A stretch of DNA of 64,000 bases from Candidatus Multivorans sp. (GTDB taxonomy: Bacteria; Acidobacteriota; Thermoanaerobaculia; Multivoradales; Multivoraceae), in contig OZ245033.1 in the NCBI GenBank assembly GCA_965224025.1, positions 4,352,001-4,416,000 of the forward strand. Reading direction: 5' to 3'. The notes under the pieces were generated by a model that searched no databases, was not told the DNA's origin, and saw nothing but the letters and a program-made list of their open reading frames with translations. Numbering within the stretch: position 1 is the stretch's first letter; the number at the start of each line of letters is the position of its first letter. A program made the position numbers and the translations under genes. This document shows positions 58,820 through 64,000 of the stretch, piece by piece.

Positions 58820-61800
58820 TCAACCGTCGATCTCGACCTCGACGACGCGCCGCCGCTCTGTCCGCACAGTCCGAGAGCGGTCGCCCCAACGCAGGGTATA
58901 GGTTCCGACCGGAAGATTGGGGATCGCTTCGCCGACGCGGAACGTCCGCGCGCCGCCGAACCAGAGTTGCAACTCGCCGAGATTCCAGCCGCCCGGGCCC
59001 TCGATCTCGATTGCGGGCCCGGGGGGCTCGCCGACGAGGACGATCGTTGAGGTCGATTCGCGGCCGTCGAGGTCCACTCCCCGCTCCAGAGCACGCTCCA
59101 GATCCTGCCAGCCGCCCAGGATGAAGCGCCCATCCGCGCGGCAGGCGACCTTCACCCGCTCCGGGAGCGGCGGCGAGAGCTCCTGCCTGGCCGTACCCCG
59201 ATCGATCCGGACCACCTGCGAGAATCCCGAGTCCAACGCCACGAAGCAGAAGCCGCCCTCGGCGCCCGCTATGCGAATCTCCAGCTCATCGCTCGGCGCG
59301 TCGTCCAGCAGCGTCAGTTGAACCGACGCGCTCTCGCCGTACTCCCGCAACTCGACGTCGACCAGCCGGGAGCGCTGGCCGCGAAGCCGCGCCCGCAACT
59401 GGTACGCGCCCGGCGCGAGTCCCAGCGCCACGAACCGGCCGTCCTCGCCCGCCACCACGGCTCGGCGCCCCGGAAAGACATCGACCGTCGCGTGGCGGGC
59501 GGCGGCGCCCTCGGCATCCAGCACGACGCCCGCGACCGAAGCGCCCGTGTAGTCGAAGTTCAGGACAACGTCCTCGGCGTCGCCGTCCGGCACCCGGACC
59601 TCCCTCACCTCCTGCATGCCGCCCCGAAGCGGCATCCAGATCACCTCCCAGGCGCCTGGCAGCACATCCTCCATCAAGTAGCGGCCCTCCGGGTCAAGAG
59701 TTGCCTTCCGATCGCGCGGCCGGTTCGTGACCATCCGAGTCCGGCTCAGGCCGCCAGCGACCGTCCTGATGAAGCCCTCGGACATCGTCGCCGCCTGCTT
59801 CTGCTCTTCCACAGCAGCATGCCGCCGCCCGGCCGCTCCCCGAGCGTCACCCGGCCCAGGACGCGCTTCGTCTCGCGGTCGCAGCGAATCGAGACGCCGC
59901 CCGTCTCACTGTGCTCATCCCGGCCGCAGACGGGCACGCCGTCTGCCAGCACCGTCAGCCGAAAGCCGCCTTCGGGAACTGCTTCGATCGTGGCCCTCCG
60001 GTCGCTCAGTTCGGCCGTCAACTGATCCCGCGGATGGCCAAGCCCTCCGGAGTCGATCACGACCTGACCCTGGCCGACATCCGAGCGTACGTTCACCCGT
60101 CGGCCACGCGACAACGCGATCGTCCCAGCATTGATCCCGTCGAGCCCGGCGGCCTCCACCTCGAACTCGAAGGGCGCGAAGCCCTCCGCCTCCACGCGCA
60201 GGGTCGAGACGCCGGGATCCAGTCCGAACAGTTCAAAGCGGCCCTCCCGGTCCGTCTCGACCGAATCGATGAGGCCCAGTTCCGACGCGAACAAGGGCCC
60301 AAATTCAGAGGGGCGGGTGTACGACACTTCGGCCCCGAACAGGGGCGCGTACTCCGGGTTCACGACGAAACCGTGGACCCAAGCCGACGCCGGCGCTACG
60401 AGAACGCCGAGGTCTCGCTTCTCCCCTGCCGAACCCGAGACCTCTACCCGCAGCACGCCCGCGTTGCCGGCCGAGAGCTCCAACTCCCAGGCGCCGGCGT
60501 CCAGCTCGATCGAGAAGGCGCCATCGGACGCCATCTCGCCGAACGTGCTCCCCGTTCCTCCTTCGACCTCCGTTCGGGCCGTCACGCGCCCTCCGGCGGC
60601 GGGGGTCGAACCCTCGGCCGCCACGTATGTGCCTTCGACTGTGAACACGGGGGCCAGCCGGATGGCGAACGGCCGGTCCGCAGTCCGGCCGACACCGCGG
60701 GGCAACTCCTGCTGCGCGAGATCGTAGCCCTCGGCCTCTACGAGGATCACCGCGCCCTCGAGACGCAGAAAATCGACAGTGCCGTTCTCGTCGACCGTCT
60801 TCCACGCACCGCCTCCCGCATGGACCCTGGCGCCGGCGACCGGCCGCCCCGTCAGACCGTTCAGGATCCGAATCCACACGGTCTCCGGCGCCGTCAGCAC
60901 CACGTCGCCCAGGTCGGTCGATTCAACAAGCTCGAAAGTGCGCGAGAACAAGAGCTCGCCGCGTTCCGCCCTGAGCGACGCCTCGCCGACCCCAAAGCCG
61001 GTGAGAAGGAACCTGCCGTCGGCGTCCGACTCGGCCTCGTGGCGCCCCATCAGGCCTCCGCTCCCGGGAATCCACGCCAGACTGGAGATGCGCGCTTCCG
61101 CGACGGGTTCGCCGGCATCGTTCACGGCTCGACCGGCAATCGAGAAACCCGGACCGAGTTCGACCTTCGACGGCACGTCGCCGGGCCTGGCGAACGCAGC
61201 AGGAAGGCGTCCCTTGCCCGAGACGAGCACCAGAACCCTCTCCTGCTCGACCACCGGGATCTCGATCCGGCCGGCGTCGTCCACGACCTCGTAGACCAGC
61301 AACTCGGCTTGGCGCTGCAGACCCCTGGCAGGCCGTACCAGGGACAGACGCCCCACTTCGAGCGGCTCGTGGTCCGCGGTGACGTCGACCGCGAGATGCA
61401 ACGCGGGCCGCAGGACAAGGTTTACAGTGTCCTCCTCGGGGAGGACATCGCGCCATGGCGTAACCGCGCCGCCGAAACTGGCCCGAACGCGCCACGGCCC
61501 GGGACTGCGCGGCAACGACAGCGCCGAAGACAGGTTGGTAGCCGTCGTGGGCAGCAGGCCCAGAGGCACTTCCCGCCACATCTCGGCCGGCGCGGCGACG
61601 ACGCGGATGCCGACCGACGAGTCGACCTCCGGTCGCAGCGAATCATCGGGGGTCCGCGACGGCATGATCACAAGTCGCAGACGGCGGTCCGATCCACAGG
61701 CGGCCGCCGGATCCTCACCGGGGAGAATGCGGCTGACCGCGCATGTGTCGTTCCACGACCAACAATGAGTGATCTCCCTCTCCGACAGCTGCTCAAGACG

Positions 61801-61977
61801 TCCCCAGATCCGCTGCAGCGAAGCCGCGGCCAGAGGCTCCGACGGAAACACGCGCCGGGCCGTGTCGACGCAGACGAACCGAGTCGGTCCCGCGTCCGGC
61901 GCCTCCTCGACTTGGGCAAGCGCGGGTCCCCACGACGAGACGACCCCGGCCGCCGCGGCCGCGAGAAGAAGCCGCAT
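58820..61977 (-). pseudogene. Large secreted carboxypeptidase-regulatory-like repeat protein, paralog 3, frameshifted near 59785-59810
   Basis: Signal peptide MRLLLAAAAAG and repeated GR.V...GEPVA.A...SDADGRF.L.G units. Coding continues in another frame (EGFIRTV..GRF.ALGLAPGAYQL). Confidence 0.78.
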
Positions 61978-61981
61978 CGCC

Positions 61982-63427
61982 TCAATCTTTCGGAGCGCTG
62001 AGTCGAGCCTCGAAAATCTCGGACGGTCGCCAGTAGAGCGGACTGATCGACTCGCTACGAAGCAGGATGACAGCACGCCCGGCGCGAAGATCGGCACGCA
62101 GGCGGGCGTCGCTCCGTTCCGACTCGATGGCGCAGGGCAGCCGCGCCACGGCACCGAAATCGTCCACTCGAGCATAGACGAGATCCCAACAGACCCTGCC
62201 GCTGGGAGGATACGCGGCGTCAGCCGGCAAACTGTCTGCTGCCGAGGACTCCGTCCCCGGACCCGGCGTGACCTGCACGAGATTGACGACGATGGGTCCA
62301 CCCTGGCTCCCGCTCTGGACTACTCTCCCGCCCTCCGCGTGGAGCCAAGTCATCGCTTCTTCGGCTTCCTCGCGGTTACGCACCGGCACGACAACCGGTT
62401 CACCGTCCTCGGTCTGTTCGATCAGCTTCTTCAAGCCCTCCAGATCTAAGCCGTCTAGCGGCGACGCCTGAACTCCCTGCTTCGTGCCGCCCTTGGCTGT
62501 GCCTCCGCCTACCGGGGACGGCGCCGATGCGGAGGATGGGACCGACCCCCGGCTCGAAACTCCTGGCGAGACATGGCGAACGAAGAAGAAGGTATTGCCG
62601 ACACCATCCGCGACGATCTCGTCGATCACGCGCCGCTCGTTCAGCCAAGCCACTCGGTACGGGGCCTGCGCCAGCAGAACCCTCCGTTCGTCCCCGATCT
62701 CGCAGGCCGTGTCGGCAGAGAACAGCTCGGCGTTGAAGCTGTCGAGGAGCAGGCCGTTCCGGTCATACACGAACAGGCCGGGCTCGGCACCAGGAGCGAC
62801 GAGAAGGCGGTCCTCCGAAAGGAAACGGACCACTGAGAGCCCCGCCTGGTAGCACCGCGCCATCGCCAGGCCCGCATCGCGTGTCGGCAGCAGTGCTCGC
62901 GCCTCGTCCTCGTCGTCGTGGAACAGCCAGGCGATGTGGTCCTCCCAGCCGCGATCCTCGGTGCGGGCGAGACCGACCGCGGCCGTCAGCCGGCCCCTTC
63001 GATCGACGTCGCCAACGATCTCGACATCTTTCAGAAGGCGAATTCCGGTCTCTTCCTGAAGGAAGACACCGAACGCGCCGTTCGCGACAGCGACCGCGCC
63101 CCGACTCGCGCCGCCGACACGACTGTAACTCTGACGGCCCGGGAGGCGATGTTCCGTCCTGGCCAGTGTGGCTTTGAGTTCGACCCGCTCGGTCCCGATA
63201 CGCCAGGAGTAGAGACCGCGGTCGATGACGCCCAACAGAACCTCATCCTCCGCGAGCCACCGCACATCGGTCGCATGGGCGACTTCGTCGGGAAGAGCGA
63301 TGGCCCGCAGATCGTCGAGCATCGGTCCCGCCGAATCGTCCCACGCCCCGAGTTCCGGCGGAGCCCATGCCAACGCCAATAGCGCGGCACAAACGGCCGG
63401 GCTACCCGCCGAACGCCCGCGCCTCAT
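61982..63427 (-). CDS. Secreted beta-propeller-like hypothetical protein with a large internal insertion
   Basis: GGAGA RBS and a signal peptide, then ATDVRW, VVRFL..DRLLVAPGAEPGLFVYDRNG and VCWDL. The stop lies 4 nt before the start of paralog 3. Confidence 0.7.
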   Translation of the reverse strand: MRRGRSAGSPAVCAALLALAWAPPELGAWDDSAGPMLDDLRAIALPDEVAHATDVRWLAEDEVLLGVIDRGLYSWRIGTERVELKATLARTEHRLPGRQSYSRVGGASRGAVAVANGAFGVFLQEETGIRLLKDVEIVGDVDRRGRLTAAVGLARTEDRGWEDHIAWLFHDDEDEARALLPTRDAGLAMARCYQAGLSVVRFLSEDRLLVAPGAEPGLFVYDRNGLLLDSFNAELFSADTACEIGDERRVLLAQAPYRVAWLNERRVIDEIVADGVGNTFFFVRHVSPGVSSRGSVPSSASAPSPVGGGTAKGGTKQGVQASPLDGLDLEGLKKLIEQTEDGEPVVVPVRNREEAEEAMTWLHAEGGRVVQSGSQGGPIVVNLVQVTPGPGTESSAADSLPADAAYPPSGRVCWDLVYARVDDFGAVARLPCAIESERSDARLRADLRAGRAVILLRSESISPLYWRPSEIFEARLSAPKD

Positions 63428-63552
63428 CCCTATTCTCCCTGTCTCTTGCGTTGTCGCGCTCGTCTCTGAGGCCAGGACGCAACCACTGTCAATGGTCGAA
63501 GCAGCATAGCCAACTCCGTCCGGAATCCACACGACCTGAGCCTGACGAGTGC

Positions 63553-63585
63553 CGGACCTGTGTCCGCCACGACCGCTCCACTCAC
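63553..63585 (-). pseudogene. First 11 codons of a PIN/DUF3368-type toxin gene
   Basis: GTG overlaps the UPF0175 stop and reads MSGAVVADTGP, a typical PIN start (VV.DT.P). Similarity then ends. Confidence 0.5.
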
Positions 63586-63850
63586 CCGGCCGCAGCGATC
63601 TCCTGCTCAACCTCTTCGGGCGGATAGTCAACCGAGGCGACCCCCGCTTCACCCAGGAGAGCGACGAAGTCCTCGGGCACCATCGCGGCGACCTTGGCGG
63701 CCCGGGTGAGGGAGAGATGGCGGCTCTCGAACAGATGCAGCGCCAGCGCACGGTGGGCACCGTGACAGAGAAGCCGGTCATCGAACGGCACGGCCAGGAT
63801 CGTCGGGCGCCCGTGCTTGGTGACGATCGCAAGGCGCCCCTCCTCCGCGC
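63582..63850 (-). pseudogene. UPF0175-family antitoxin with a Phd-like N-terminal part, 5'-truncated
   Basis: AEEGRLAIVTKHGRP..VPFDD.LL..G...ALA..LF....LSL.RAAKVA....F..LL...GV..VDY. An in-frame stop lies just upstream and there is no start for the full-length protein. Confidence 0.75.
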
Positions 63851-63864
63851 CAGGGCGATGTCTT

Positions 63865-64000
63865 TCAGCTCACCGCGAAGATGCCGCCGTCGACCGGGAT
63901 CGCGGCGCCGGTGACGTAGGCCGCCGCGCGCGACGCCAGGTAGATCGAGACGCCGGCCATGTCCTCCGGCGTGCCGATCCGCTTGCGCGGGTTGCGGGCG
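63865..64000 (-). CDS. SDR-family oxidoreductase, C-terminal end (partial)
   Basis: NPRKRIGTPEDMAGVSIYLASRAAAYVTGAAIPVDGG...*. Confidence 0.9.
   Translation of the reverse strand, partial: ARNPRKRIGTPEDMAGVSIYLASRAAAYVTGAAIPVDGGIFAVS

Overview
This is a high-GC bacterial window with about 50 genes. Its gene content suggests a marine or host-associated Acidobacteriota-like genome, which is inference only. I found no rRNA, tRNA, CRISPR array or intact transposase. Secreted and periplasmic proteins dominate. (1) A metal/redox-rich tract (about 23.6-52 kb) holds two TonB-dependent receptors, DUF6152, a cytochrome c-PQQ dehydrogenase fusion, two paralogs of an uncharacterised 'PRT..G.PDL..EYACHEGN' family, CopC/CopD, tandem Nramp-like transporters, and two heme c + PHM/DbetaM-like two-copper monooxygenases, one behind a sigma-54-type promoter. 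(2) Near each end of the window (2.4-9.1 kb and 58.8-63.4 kb) sits a module of a beta-propeller-like secreted protein followed by large Cys-rich carboxypeptidase-regulatory-like repeat protein(s). Most of these genes are disrupted or carry insertions: a 10-bp tandem duplication, an amber codon, a frameshift, an in-frame palindromic element and a TusA-like insert. (3) A dispersed family of composite palindromic REP-like elements shows stem covariation. (4) A HEPN-motif + CBS gene lies beside a YhcG remnant. (5) There are several deletion scars and remnants of defence or toxin-antitoxin genes (GmrSD-like, YhcG, UPF0175/PIN) and a DUF547 chimera.
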